64,000 bases of DNA. Source: an uncultured candidatus Porisulfidus sp. (GTDB lineage Bacteria > Pseudomonadota > Gammaproteobacteria > Poriferisulfidales > Oxydemutatoraceae). Location of the stretch: positions 297,614-361,613 of the forward strand of contig OZ241323.1 in NCBI GenBank assembly GCA_965199685.1, written 5' to 3'. The first letter of the stretch is position 1. Every line of letters starts with the position of its first letter. The position numbers and the translations under genes are program-made. This document shows, in pieces, positions 32,410 through 41,806 of this stretch. The notes under the pieces are model-generated. The model had not been told where the DNA came from. It ran no database searches and saw nothing but the letters and a program-made list of their open reading frames with translations.

Positions 32410-33795
32410 ATGTCAAAAAATTGGCTCAGTCATATACGACCGTATAAAGATATTCGCGTATTGCAGATACTTTTAATCGGAACGATTAGCGGTTTCCCGT
32501 GGGTGCTAATTGGCTCGATGATGACCTTATGGTTGAAAGACGAAGGATTGAGCCGCAGTGCGATAGGTTTGTTCGGTTATGTGTTTGCGGTATTCGCAAT
32601 CAATTTTTTGTGGGCACCTTTGGTTGATACGATACGTATTCCGTTTTTATCCAAGCGTATAGGTCAGCGTAAATCGTGGATATTGACGATGCAAATTATT
32701 ATTTTCTCGGCCGCCATTGCGATGTATTTTATATCGGCACAAGCCTCTCTAGTGTATATTGCAGTGACCGCTTTGGTGATTGCAACCGCCGCTGCAACCC
32801 AAGATGTTGCGATAGACGCATTGCGCATAGAGTTGGTTGCCAAGAACGAACGGGCTTTGGTTGCAGTCGGCGCAGCGATGGCAACGGCAGGATGGTACAC
32901 TGGTTATAACGCCGGCGGTGCACTCGCGCTTTACGGGGTTGCCGCCTTGAAAGAAATAGGCGTTGCCGAACCGTGGAACCTGAGCTATTTACTGATGACA
33001 GTAATCATTGTTTTGAGCAATATCGGATTGATGTTGATCCCGGAAAAATCGGGAAACAGGCGATTGCAGCTACAGACACAAACACGCACTGAACTATACT
33101 CAAATTGGCTCAAGCGGCCTGGCATGACTCCCTCTTTGGCAGCACTATCGGCGTGGTTTATTTCTCTAGTATGGAAACCCTTGGCAGACTTTTTCAGCCG
33201 CAACGGTTTGCGGTTGTCGGTGTTGATATTGGGTTTTATATTCCTGTTTAAGATAGGGGAAGCCTTTCTGGGACGAATGTCTTTGTTGTTCTATTCCGAA
33301 ATTGGTTTTGACGAAACCCAAATTGCCACGTACTCTAAATTGGTCGGTTGGGGTAGCATCATTATATTCTCTATAATAGGCAGCATTTTTAGCGTGCGAT
33401 TCGGTTTGCTCAAAGGCTTGATAATTTGCGGGATTGCTATGGCTACCACTAATCTATTGTTTGCCCTGCTTGCCACGGTGGGACCGGATATACGGCTATT
33501 TGCAGTGGCAGTCATCAGTGATCAATTCACCACTGCGATTTCTACGGTGGCTTTTGTTGCTTTTATATCGCAACTGTGTGGTCGTGTTTATACGGCAACA
33601 CAATATGCGCTACTTGCCTCGTTAGGGAATTTGTCTCGTACTACACTATCGGCGCACAGCGGACAAATCGTTGATTTTTTAGACGGTGATTGGATGCAGT
33701 TTTTTATACTGACAACGGTGATGGTCGTTCCTAGCTTGTTGCTGTTATATCTTGCAAGACACAAACTGGCTCCGCATTTGCGAATCGCATCGTGA
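32410..33795 (+). CDS. ampG: AmpG-family muropeptide MFS permease
   Basis: SGFP, FLWAPLVD, GQRKSW, ATQDVAIDA.RIE, YTATQYALL. Confidence 0.9.
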   Translation: MSKNWLSHIRPYKDIRVLQILLIGTISGFPWVLIGSMMTLWLKDEGLSRSAIGLFGYVFAVFAINFLWAPLVDTIRIPFLSKRIGQRKSWILTMQIIIFSAAIAMYFISAQASLVYIAVTALVIATAAATQDVAIDALRIELVAKNERALVAVGAAMATAGWYTGYNAGGALALYGVAALKEIGVAEPWNLSYLLMTVIIVLSNIGLMLIPEKSGNRRLQLQTQTRTELYSNWLKRPGMTPSLAALSAWFISLVWKPLADFFSRNGLRLSVLILGFIFLFKIGEAFLGRMSLLFYSEIGFDETQIATYSKLVGWGSIIIFSIIGSIFSVRFGLLKGLIICGIAMATTNLLFALLATVGPDIRLFAVAVISDQFTTAISTVAFVAFISQLCGRVYTATQYALLASLGNLSRTTLSAHSGQIVDFLDGDWMQFFILTTVMVVPSLLLLYLARHKLAPHLRIAS

Positions 33796-33811
33796 CCGAA
33801 TAGGGGCGGTT

Positions 33812-34354
33812 CTATTTGATCAGGTCGCTTTCTACCGTATTTCTTTTATCAGTGCCGGCTAGTTTTTCTATGATTGTCAACGCAAATTCCATCGCAGTTC
33901 CGGGACTGCGCGAGGTGATTACTTTGTCGTCGCATTCTATCGCTTCTGTAGAAAGTTCAATTGAGGAATTTTGCGCGTCTAAAAATCCAGGGTAAGCGGT
34001 AATTTTTAATTGGTCTACGATGCCTGCATCAACCAGCACTTTTGGTGCTGCACAAATAGCACCAACCCATTGCGTTGTGCGGTGACGTTTTAGAATTTCA
34101 TGGATTCTAGGATCGGCATTCAGGTTGTCGGCACCAGGTTGTCCGCCTGGTAACACGACCATATCAAAGGTGTATTCTTTAACTTCGTCAAGCGTAGTAT
34201 CGGCAATTAAGTTTAGACCGCTTAAGCCGCATACCTCTTTCGTATCTAAGGATGCGGTGGTGACTTTGATGTCGGCACGACGCAACAAGTCTATTAATGT
34301 AACCGCCTCTACTTCTTCGTAGCCGGTTGCAAGCGGGATAAGCACCTCAGGCAT
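33812..34354 (-). CDS. yajL: DJ-1/YajL family protein
   Basis: EEVEA, LPGG.PGA, AICAAP, TSRSPGTAMEF. Confidence 0.88.
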   Translation of the reverse strand: MPEVLIPLATGYEEVEAVTLIDLLRRADIKVTTASLDTKEVCGLSGLNLIADTTLDEVKEYTFDMVVLPGGQPGADNLNADPRIHEILKRHRTTQWVGAICAAPKVLVDAGIVDQLKITAYPGFLDAQNSSIELSTEAIECDDKVITSRSPGTAMEFALTIIEKLAGTDKRNTVESDLIK

Positions 34355-34366
34355 CGTATGCTCCTT

Positions 34367-35659
34367 CTATGCCGGCTTTAATGCCAGCTTTTTTAGCTCT
34401 TCAACTGCCTGTTTTACTTGGCTATCGTAAGAAAGGCGTTCTTTTAGGTTTTTTCTACTTATTTTATTGCGCGCCTTTAGCTGTTCGTCGCTTAGCTGTT
34501 CAAACTCGTAATCAAAGTCTGGTGTGATACCTACATCTTGTATTGAAGTACCCGAGGGCGTGTAATACTTAGCGGTTGTCAGTTTGAGTGCATGTTCCGC
34601 ATCAAAGGGATGTACGGTTTGCACTGATCCCTTGCCGAAAGATTGTGTGCCTAAGATCATCGCACGATTGTTATCTTGTAACGCACCGGCAACAATTTCC
34701 GATGCAGAAGCCGAGCCTTTGTTGATTAGTAACATCACGGTTAGCGAGCCAGTTTGATCGGGTCTGGATGTTTTATATTCTATGGTGGAACCCTCAATCC
34801 TACCTTTGGTATAGACTACTGATGTTTTAGCAGGTAAAAACAAGTCTGCCACATTGATCGCTTCGTTGAGCATGCCACCAGGGTTATTACGCAAATCCAC
34901 AATCAATCCTTGTAGCGGTTTTTTGTTTTCTCTAGTTAGTTCTTCAATGCTCGCTAGAAGTTCTTGACTGGTACGTTGCTGGAATTTAGAAATACGCACA
35001 TAACCAAAACCAGGTTCAAGTAGAGCATGACGAGAGTTCTGGACCTTGATAACTGCACGCGTCAAGGTGATAGATAATTTTTTGTATAGGGTTTGTTTTT
35101 GTTCGTCTTCAGTTTTGGTTTCTCCTTTTTTGCGAAGCACCGTCAAAGTAATCGTAGTGCCTACTTCACCGCGCATTTGCTCTACCGAATCTTGTAAGGA
35201 TAAGCCTTTGGTCGATTGGTTGTTGATCTCCGATATTAAATCACCTGCTTGTATTCCTGCGCGCTCTGCAGGGGTGTCGTCTATAGGCGCGATCACATGA
35301 ACGAAACCTCCTTCTTTATCAACTTCTATGCCTAGACCACCGAATTTACCAGTTGTGTTGACCTTGAGTTCTTCGTACGATTTCTTTTTAAGAAAAACCG
35401 AATAAGGGTCAAGTTTGGCAAGCATTCCGTCAATAGCTCCCTCAATCAAAGTTGCATCGTCTATTTCGTCTACATAAGAAGTTTTGATGCGTCCGTAGAC
35501 ATCGCTGAATGTACGTAACTCTTTAAGTGGTAAAGTCGCTTGTTCGGCATTTGCGGAGTAGATGTTGCCACCCCAAAATCCACCGCTAATTGCTAATATC
35601 AATAACGATGTTGTAATAATACGTAAAGATAAATATTTTTTCATGGTCTCCTTGCTCAT
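34367..35659 (-). CDS. ctpA: S41 C-terminal processing protease
   Basis: LDPYS, PDZ motif GGLGI, DLRNNPGG, SASASEI, FGKGSVQ. Confidence 0.92.
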   Translation of the reverse strand: MSKETMKKYLSLRIITTSLLILAISGGFWGGNIYSANAEQATLPLKELRTFSDVYGRIKTSYVDEIDDATLIEGAIDGMLAKLDPYSVFLKKKSYEELKVNTTGKFGGLGIEVDKEGGFVHVIAPIDDTPAERAGIQAGDLISEINNQSTKGLSLQDSVEQMRGEVGTTITLTVLRKKGETKTEDEQKQTLYKKLSITLTRAVIKVQNSRHALLEPGFGYVRISKFQQRTSQELLASIEELTRENKKPLQGLIVDLRNNPGGMLNEAINVADLFLPAKTSVVYTKGRIEGSTIEYKTSRPDQTGSLTVMLLINKGSASASEIVAGALQDNNRAMILGTQSFGKGSVQTVHPFDAEHALKLTTAKYYTPSGTSIQDVGITPDFDYEFEQLSDEQLKARNKISRKNLKERLSYDSQVKQAVEELKKLALKPA

Positions 35660-35914
35660 AGAGGGAAAGTATATATTGTATGCTTATTTTCCTAATCTGC
35701 AAGTGAAGCACCGGCACAAAAGGCAAAACAGTTCATGCAAACATTACATCAACATTATAAACTGGCAATCTACATATTCAAATAAATGTAGATTTTATAT
35801 AGAGAAATATATGGGTTTCAGCTTTGGCGAAATTTGTGCATATAGGATTCTTGAGCTGAACTGATTGCCAATTTATGTTGGTGAAACAAGCGACCCATTC
35901 GCTGCATACATTAC

Positions 35915-36032
35915 TTATCCACAGGTTATCCACAGATTAGTGTGGATTAGTAAATGACTTATCCACAGCCTCATGCTTTATTAACTATATAAAATAGCGA
36001 TAAAAATATATTTATGTACAAATTTATCCACA
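35915..36032. promoter_or_regulatory. Cluster of five DnaA boxes
   Basis: TTATCCACA at 35915, 35926, 35959 and 36024; inverted 1-mismatch TGTGGATTA at 35941; AT-rich spacer. Confidence 0.85.
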
Positions 36033-36704
36033 GGTAGCAATACATAAGTATTTTTAAAGTCCTAGTTGGTGATATATTTTTTCCGATTTCATATTTGTTA
36101 GGAGCGTGCTCCTCCAAGGATGATGCTCAGGAGTTAATTTTAGAATAGTTAACGTTGTTGCATATATGGATATGTAGAAATGATAAATGCACGTCATATG
36201 TAAAATATCATCGTTGCATCGTTTGAAATTTATCTTCCACACCGTCATGCACGATGTTCTATACAGCAACTTGAACGGCTACATCAAATTTTAGAAGTTA
36301 AGAATAATATATTAATCCAGCTTATAGATATTGGAACACGACTTAGCTTAAATCAGAAATAATACATTGATACAGATGCTAGACTCTACCAATATTCAAT
36401 CATCGTTTTCAATCTTCGTTTATCGGTACTGACGTTATCGCCTTATCTAAAATTACACAAATTTGTTTATCGGATATTTAAGTTCGTTCGTCGGATTAGT
36501 TGTTTGAGCTAATCTCTGCCTTGTTATCAGAATAATTCTTGATTAGAGTGTCTACATTGAATATACTTATATAGACATATTTTTATGTTTGCAAAGTTCG
36601 TAAGGTAGAAAAAATTACATTAATAAACCCACTTCGGACGAGTGGTATTAAAAAACCGATGTATAAAAAACTGATTTATAATTTTAGAGGTCTGTAAAGA
36701 CGAA

Positions 36705-39620
36705 ATGAATGTAATAAACAAGAACGGTGGTAAATCACAAACGGTAGATCACGTTCAACCTCAACCAACTATGTCCTCTCATATCTCTCACGGTATATCC
36801 GGCCTTGATGTTGCCGAGGTGTCAAACACTGCGCCAGGACAATTCAAAGTGATACGCCGCAACGGCAAGGTTACCGTATTTGATAACAGTAAGATATACG
36901 TTGCGATGAGCAAGGCGTTTATCGCAGTAGAAGGAGGGGCTGCGGCAGCATCGCCTAGGGTTCGAGAGACGATTTCCAGCCTCACCGACCAAGTCGTAGA
37001 AGGCTTGACCCGTTCACGCACCGCAGGTTCCACCTTCCATATAGAAGATATACAGGATCAGGTTGAATTAGCCCTAATGCGCAACGGTCACCATAAGGTC
37101 GCACGCTCTTATGTGCTTTATCGTGAACAGCGTGCTCGCGAACGCACCGCCGAGGAATTAGAAAAGCAACCCGATAAAAAAACCGAAAGTGAGGAAATTC
37201 TAGTTAAGTACGGAGACGATGAAAGTAGACCATTGGATTGGGATCGTGTACTTAAAATATCTAAGGAAGCGTGCGAAGGTGTCGCCGATGTCGATAGTGA
37301 GATGATTATAAAAGAAGCTCGTCATAATATCTTCAATGGTATCGATGTTAAAAATCTTAGCGATGCGCTGATTTTCAGTGCGCGTTCTATGGTGGAAAAG
37401 GAACCTGCGTACGCTAAGGTTGCTGCGCGCTTATTGTTGGACAAGCTACGTTGTGAGGCATTATCTTTTATAGACAAAAAATATACCGAGGCAACTTTTA
37501 GTGAAATGGCGCAGCAGTATCCGAATTATTTTGTCCGATATATCAAGCGTGCATGTGAACTTGAATTGCTTGACATGCGCTTGCAAAACGAGTTTGATTT
37601 GCAAAAATTGGCAACTGCATTAAAGCCCGAAAACGATTTGCGCTTTAATTACTTGGGCTTGCAGACCTTGTATGACCGCTATTTTATACACTCTCATAAA
37701 GTGCGTTTTGAGTTGCCACAAGCATTTTTTATGCGTGTTGCAATGGGGTTGGCGATTAACGAGATTGACCGAGAGGATAGGGCTATAGAGTTTTATAACT
37801 TGCTATCTAGCTTTGCTTTTATGAGTTCTACGCCTACCTTATTTAATTCCGGCACGCGTTGCCCGCAGTTGTCGTCTTGTTACTTAACGACTGTTTCCGA
37901 CGACTTGCTGGGGATATTCGGGGCAATACAGGATAACGCAATGTTGTCCAAGTTTGCCGGTGGTCTAGGCAACGATTGGTCGCGCGTGCGTGCGATGGGT
38001 TCTTATATCAAGAGTACTAACGGCGAATCGCAGGGCATCGTACCGTTTCTGAAAGTGGCGAACGATACTGCAGTCGCCGTCAATCAAGGTGGTAAACGTA
38101 AAGGTGCGGTTTGTGCTTATCTAGAGACCTGGCATTTGGACATAGAGGAGTTTTTGGAACTTAGAAAAAACACTGGTGACGACCGTCGTCGTACTCACGA
38201 CATGAATACCGCAAATTGGATTCCCGATCTCTTTATGAAGCGCGTCAAAAACGATGAAATGTGGACTTTGTTTTCACCCGATGAGGTTCCTGATTTGCAC
38301 GAACTGTACGGGATAGAATTTGAGAAACGTTATGCAGAATACGAATCTGCAGCCAAGCGTGGCGATATCAAACGCTACAAGCAAATCAAAGCGGTTGATT
38401 TGTGGCGCAAAATGCTGAGCATGCTGTATGAAACCGGGCACCCGTGGTTGGCATTCAAAGACCCATGCAATTTACGCTCACCGCAACAGCATAAAGGCAC
38501 GGTGCATTCTTCCAATTTATGTACCGAGATTACGCTCAACACCAGCGACGAGGAGATTGCAGTGTGTAACTTGGGGTCGGTCAATTTGGTTGCCCACTTA
38601 GGGGCTAAAGGACTTGATACCGATAAGCTACGTAAAACTATACAGACTGCAATGCGGATGTTGGATAATGTCATCGAATATAATTATTACAGCGTTATAA
38701 AAGCGAGAACCTCTAATCTGAGACACCGTCCGGTTGGTTTAGGTGTGATGGGTTTTCAAGACGCACTCTATAAATTGCGTATTCCTTATGCGAACAAGGA
38801 GGCGGTCGAATTTGCCGACCGTTCTATGGAGGCGATCAGCTATTATGCGATTGAAGCATCGGTTGAACTGGCGAGAGAAAGAGGCGTTTATTCTACCTAC
38901 GAAGGTTCGTTGTGGAGCAAAGGGATATTGCCTATAGATTCTATACAGTTGCTCGCTAAGAGCCGTGGCGGTGACGGATTATTGAATATGGATACCTCCA
39001 AGACAATGGATTGGGACGCGCTTCGCAAACGTGTTAAAAAATACGGCATGCGCAATTCTAATACAATGGCCATCGCACCGACTGCAACGATTTCCAATAT
39101 CTGCTCAGTTTCTCAAAGCATAGAGCCGACCTATCAGAACCTTTATGTGAAATCCAATCTATCGGGAGAGTTCACGGTAATCAACGAATACTTAGTGCAA
39201 GATTTGAAAAAGCTGGATTTATGGGATGAGGTTATGGTCAATGACCTCAAATATTATGACGGCAGCATACAAAAAATAGAGCGCGTTCCCGATGATTTGA
39301 AAGCAATTTATGCAACCGCATTTGAACTTGATCCTAGATGGTTGGTCGAAGCTGCTGCGCGGCGTCAAAAGTGGATAGATCAATCGGAATCGCTAAATCT
39401 TTATATGGCAGAACCTTCGGGAAAGAAATTAGATACGCTTTATAAATTAGCTTGGCTACAAGGATTGAAAACGACATATTATTTGCGAGCCCTCGGCGCA
39501 ACCCATGTTGAAAAGAGTACGATGGAGACCGTCGACGGCAAGTTGAATGCAGTGGCTATCTCGGACAACAGTCAACAAGTATGTTCGGTGTTGGATCCGG
39601 ATTGCGAGGTATGTCAATAG
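36705..39620 (+). CDS. nrdA: Class Ia ribonucleotide reductase alpha subunit with N-terminal ATP cone(s)
   Basis: VIRRNG cone, STPTLFN, QLSSC, SNLCTEI, APTATIS, TTYYLR, C-terminal CxxC; start could be ATG 36771. Confidence 0.97.
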   Translation: MNVINKNGGKSQTVDHVQPQPTMSSHISHGISGLDVAEVSNTAPGQFKVIRRNGKVTVFDNSKIYVAMSKAFIAVEGGAAAASPRVRETISSLTDQVVEGLTRSRTAGSTFHIEDIQDQVELALMRNGHHKVARSYVLYREQRARERTAEELEKQPDKKTESEEILVKYGDDESRPLDWDRVLKISKEACEGVADVDSEMIIKEARHNIFNGIDVKNLSDALIFSARSMVEKEPAYAKVAARLLLDKLRCEALSFIDKKYTEATFSEMAQQYPNYFVRYIKRACELELLDMRLQNEFDLQKLATALKPENDLRFNYLGLQTLYDRYFIHSHKVRFELPQAFFMRVAMGLAINEIDREDRAIEFYNLLSSFAFMSSTPTLFNSGTRCPQLSSCYLTTVSDDLLGIFGAIQDNAMLSKFAGGLGNDWSRVRAMGSYIKSTNGESQGIVPFLKVANDTAVAVNQGGKRKGAVCAYLETWHLDIEEFLELRKNTGDDRRRTHDMNTANWIPDLFMKRVKNDEMWTLFSPDEVPDLHELYGIEFEKRYAEYESAAKRGDIKRYKQIKAVDLWRKMLSMLYETGHPWLAFKDPCNLRSPQQHKGTVHSSNLCTEITLNTSDEEIAVCNLGSVNLVAHLGAKGLDTDKLRKTIQTAMRMLDNVIEYNYYSVIKARTSNLRHRPVGLGVMGFQDALYKLRIPYANKEAVEFADRSMEAISYYAIEASVELARERGVYSTYEGSLWSKGILPIDSIQLLAKSRGGDGLLNMDTSKTMDWDALRKRVKKYGMRNSNTMAIAPTATISNICSVSQSIEPTYQNLYVKSNLSGEFTVINEYLVQDLKKLDLWDEVMVNDLKYYDGSIQKIERVPDDLKAIYATAFELDPRWLVEAAARRQKWIDQSESLNLYMAEPSGKKLDTLYKLAWLQGLKTTYYLRALGATHVEKSTMETVDGKLNAVAISDNSQQVCSVLDPDCEVCQ

Positions 39621-39650
39621 ATCAGTTTGATAAACAAGAAAGGAGGCATT

Positions 39651-40841
39651 ATGCAACAAAGTGAATTTTTACCAGATTGGGAAGACCCTTTTACCGAATC
39701 GGCAACGAATAGTTTTAGGTCTAAAAAACCTGCCGCAGAAAGTTTAGTAGCGGATAATGCAGGACCGCAACCGGAGACAGAACAAGGCGGCACGACCGGC
39801 TTGGAGTCGATAGAGATGGGCGCATCCCGGATAAGGGTGGACGACAAGCAGATTATCAATTGCCGTGCCGACTTAAATCAGTTAGTGCCATTCAAATACG
39901 ATTGGGCATGGGATAAATATCTCGCCGCGTGCGGCAACCACTGGATGCCTCAAGAAATTAATATGACTGCGGATATAAAGCTGTGGAAAGATCCGCAAGG
40001 TTTGACCGAAGACGAGCGTATTGTAGTCAAACGCAATTTAGGGTTTTTTTCTACTGCCGATTCATTAGTCGCTAATAATTTAGTACTGGCGGTGTACCGT
40101 CATATTACCAATCCGGAATGTCGCCAATACTTATTGCGTCAGGCCTTTGAAGAAGCCCTACATACTCACGCCTATCAGTATTGTATTGAGTCCTTATCTT
40201 TGGACGAGGGTGAAGTATTCAATATGTATAGAGAACTTCCGTCGGTAGCGAAAAAATCGGAATGGGCATTGCCTTACACGCAAAGTCTCAGCGACCCTAA
40301 CTTTAAGACCGGCACTATGGAAAACGACCAACGTCTATTGCGCGACCTGATTGCTTTCTATGTTGTATTTGAAGGCGTTTTCTTTTATGTCGGTTTTGCC
40401 CAAATTTTATCTATGGGGCGGCGTAATAAGTTGACTGGTGTCTCGGAACAATTTCAATATATATTACGAGATGAATCGATGCATATGAACTTCGGCATAG
40501 ATGTAATCAATCAAATCAAACTTGAAAACCCACATTTGTGGAGCGAAGAGTTTAAGCGAGAAATCATAGACTTGATCATAGACGGTGTCGACTACGAGAA
40601 GCTCTATGCCGAAGATACGATGCCGCGAGGTATGCTGGGAATGAACGCTGGCTTATTCAAACAATATGTAGAATTCATAGCCAACCGCCGTTTTAATCAA
40701 ATCGGATTGCCAGAGCAATTTCCTGGTGTAGCCAACCCCTTCCCTTGGATGTCGGAAGTGTTAGACTTAAAGAAAGAGAAGAATTTTTTTGAGACTAGGG
40801 TAACCGAATACCAAACCGGCGGCGCGCTAAACTGGGATTAA
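39651..40841 (+). CDS. nrdB: Ribonucleotide reductase beta subunit
   Basis: AGGAGG RBS before ATG 39651; [32 protein letters not shown]. Confidence 0.97.
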   Translation: MQQSEFLPDWEDPFTESATNSFRSKKPAAESLVADNAGPQPETEQGGTTGLESIEMGASRIRVDDKQIINCRADLNQLVPFKYDWAWDKYLAACGNHWMPQEINMTADIKLWKDPQGLTEDERIVVKRNLGFFSTADSLVANNLVLAVYRHITNPECRQYLLRQAFEEALHTHAYQYCIESLSLDEGEVFNMYRELPSVAKKSEWALPYTQSLSDPNFKTGTMENDQRLLRDLIAFYVVFEGVFFYVGFAQILSMGRRNKLTGVSEQFQYILRDESMHMNFGIDVINQIKLENPHLWSEEFKREIIDLIIDGVDYEKLYAEDTMPRGMLGMNAGLFKQYVEFIANRRFNQIGLPEQFPGVANPFPWMSEVLDLKKEKNFFETRVTEYQTGGALNWD

Positions 40842-40870
40842 TTACCGTTATATCGAAAACGACTGCATAC

Positions 40871-40897
40871 CAACGCGCCGTTTCGCACGGCGCGTTG
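40871..40897. terminator. Strong hairpin between convergent nrdB and dksA, probable terminator
   Basis: CAACGCGCCGT-TTCGC-ACGGCGCGTTG; the T-tract is weak. Confidence 0.6.
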
Positions 40898-40937
40898 CGT
40901 TTAGCAATTTACATGGTTGGCTTTTACGATCGAGGGT

Positions 40938-41708
40938 TTAATAATGCCGCTCTTTGATTTCGTCGATTTCTTTGCAATCTATACACTGGTCGGTTGTCGG
41001 CCTGGCCTCTAATCTACTAATGCCGATTTCGGCTCCGCACGAGACGCAATAACCATATTCCTTCTTATCTATTTTAGCAATCGCTTCATCTATTTTTTGT
41101 AATAGCTTCCTCTCTCTATCACGTTCCTTCAACTGCAGAGTAAATTCTTCCTCTTGACTTGCCTGATCTATGGCATCGGCATAAGTATTAGAACCAGTCT
41201 GCATATAATCGACCATACGACCTGCTTCGCTTATCAACTCTTCTCTGCGTGAGAGCAGGATATTGCGAAAGTACTCCAGCTGCCGAGTATTCATGTACTT
41301 TTTGCTTCGCGGCAACTTGCGAACTTTGCCTTTAATCGCACTGCTCCGTGCGGAAGTAATTTTCCGAATTGAGGCCTTTTTCTTAACAACCTTCTTTTTG
41401 GGTGTGGCAGTTTTCCGAGTTGAAGCCTTTTTCTTAACGACCTTCTTTTTAGGTGTGGCGGTTTTCCGAACTGGAGCCTTTTTCTTAACGACCTTCTTTT
41501 TGGGTGTGGCAGTTTTCCGAGTTGAAGCCTTTTTCTTAGCAACCTTCTTTTTAGGTGTGGTGGTTTTCCGAACCGGTGTCTTTTTCTTAACAGTCTTTTT
41601 TGGAGGTGTGCGCTTTTTCTGCAGCGAAGATTTTTTCTTTGCAGTACTCCTTGTTGAAGGAGGTTTAGCGCGAGAGGAGGATTTTTTCTTAGTAACTTTG
41701 GTTTTCAT
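40938..41708 (-). CDS. dksA: DksA with a long Lys-rich N-terminal extension
   Basis: YMN..QL..FR, DAIDQASQEEEF, RDRERKL, YGYCVSCG...RLEARPT...CIDCK. Confidence 0.95.
   Translation of the reverse strand: MKTKVTKKKSSSRAKPPSTRSTAKKKSSLQKKRTPPKKTVKKKTPVRKTTTPKKKVAKKKASTRKTATPKKKVVKKKAPVRKTATPKKKVVKKKASTRKTATPKKKVVKKKASIRKITSARSSAIKGKVRKLPRSKKYMNTRQLEYFRNILLSRREELISEAGRMVDYMQTGSNTYADAIDQASQEEEFTLQLKERDRERKLLQKIDEAIAKIDKKEYGYCVSCGAEIGISRLEARPTTDQCIDCKEIDEIKERHY
41360..41610 (-). repeat. 51-bp coding tandem repeat, about 5 copies
   Basis: TTTTCCGA recurs at 41360, 41411, 41462, 41513 and 41564; protein unit KKKA(P/S)(V/T)RKTATPKKKVV. Confidence 0.95.
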
Positions 41709-41806
41709 AGTTCTATTCCTCGTATATTCTATCTATGTTTAATAACATTATCTTATTGTTTATATCGTTTAATAAAATGCATAGGGAATTGTAACATATT
41801 TGGGAA

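Noticed and set aside
35562-36269. Short ORFs in the ctpA-nrdA spacer (35562..35864 and 36054..36269)
   Set aside because: AT-rich, no recognisable motifs, one overlaps ctpA antisense; likely spurious.
39651-40841. Class Ic (Mn/Fe) RNR beta subunit
   Set aside because: It keeps Asp in TADS and the radical Tyr in HTHAY; class Ic has Glu and Phe at these positions.
41360-41610. 51-bp repeats as a CRISPR array
   Set aside because: No unique spacers, repeats are in-frame coding, and no cas genes are present.
41263-41742. 159-aa Phe-rich repeat ORF on the plus strand
   Set aside because: Antisense shadow of the Lys-rich dksA repeats.
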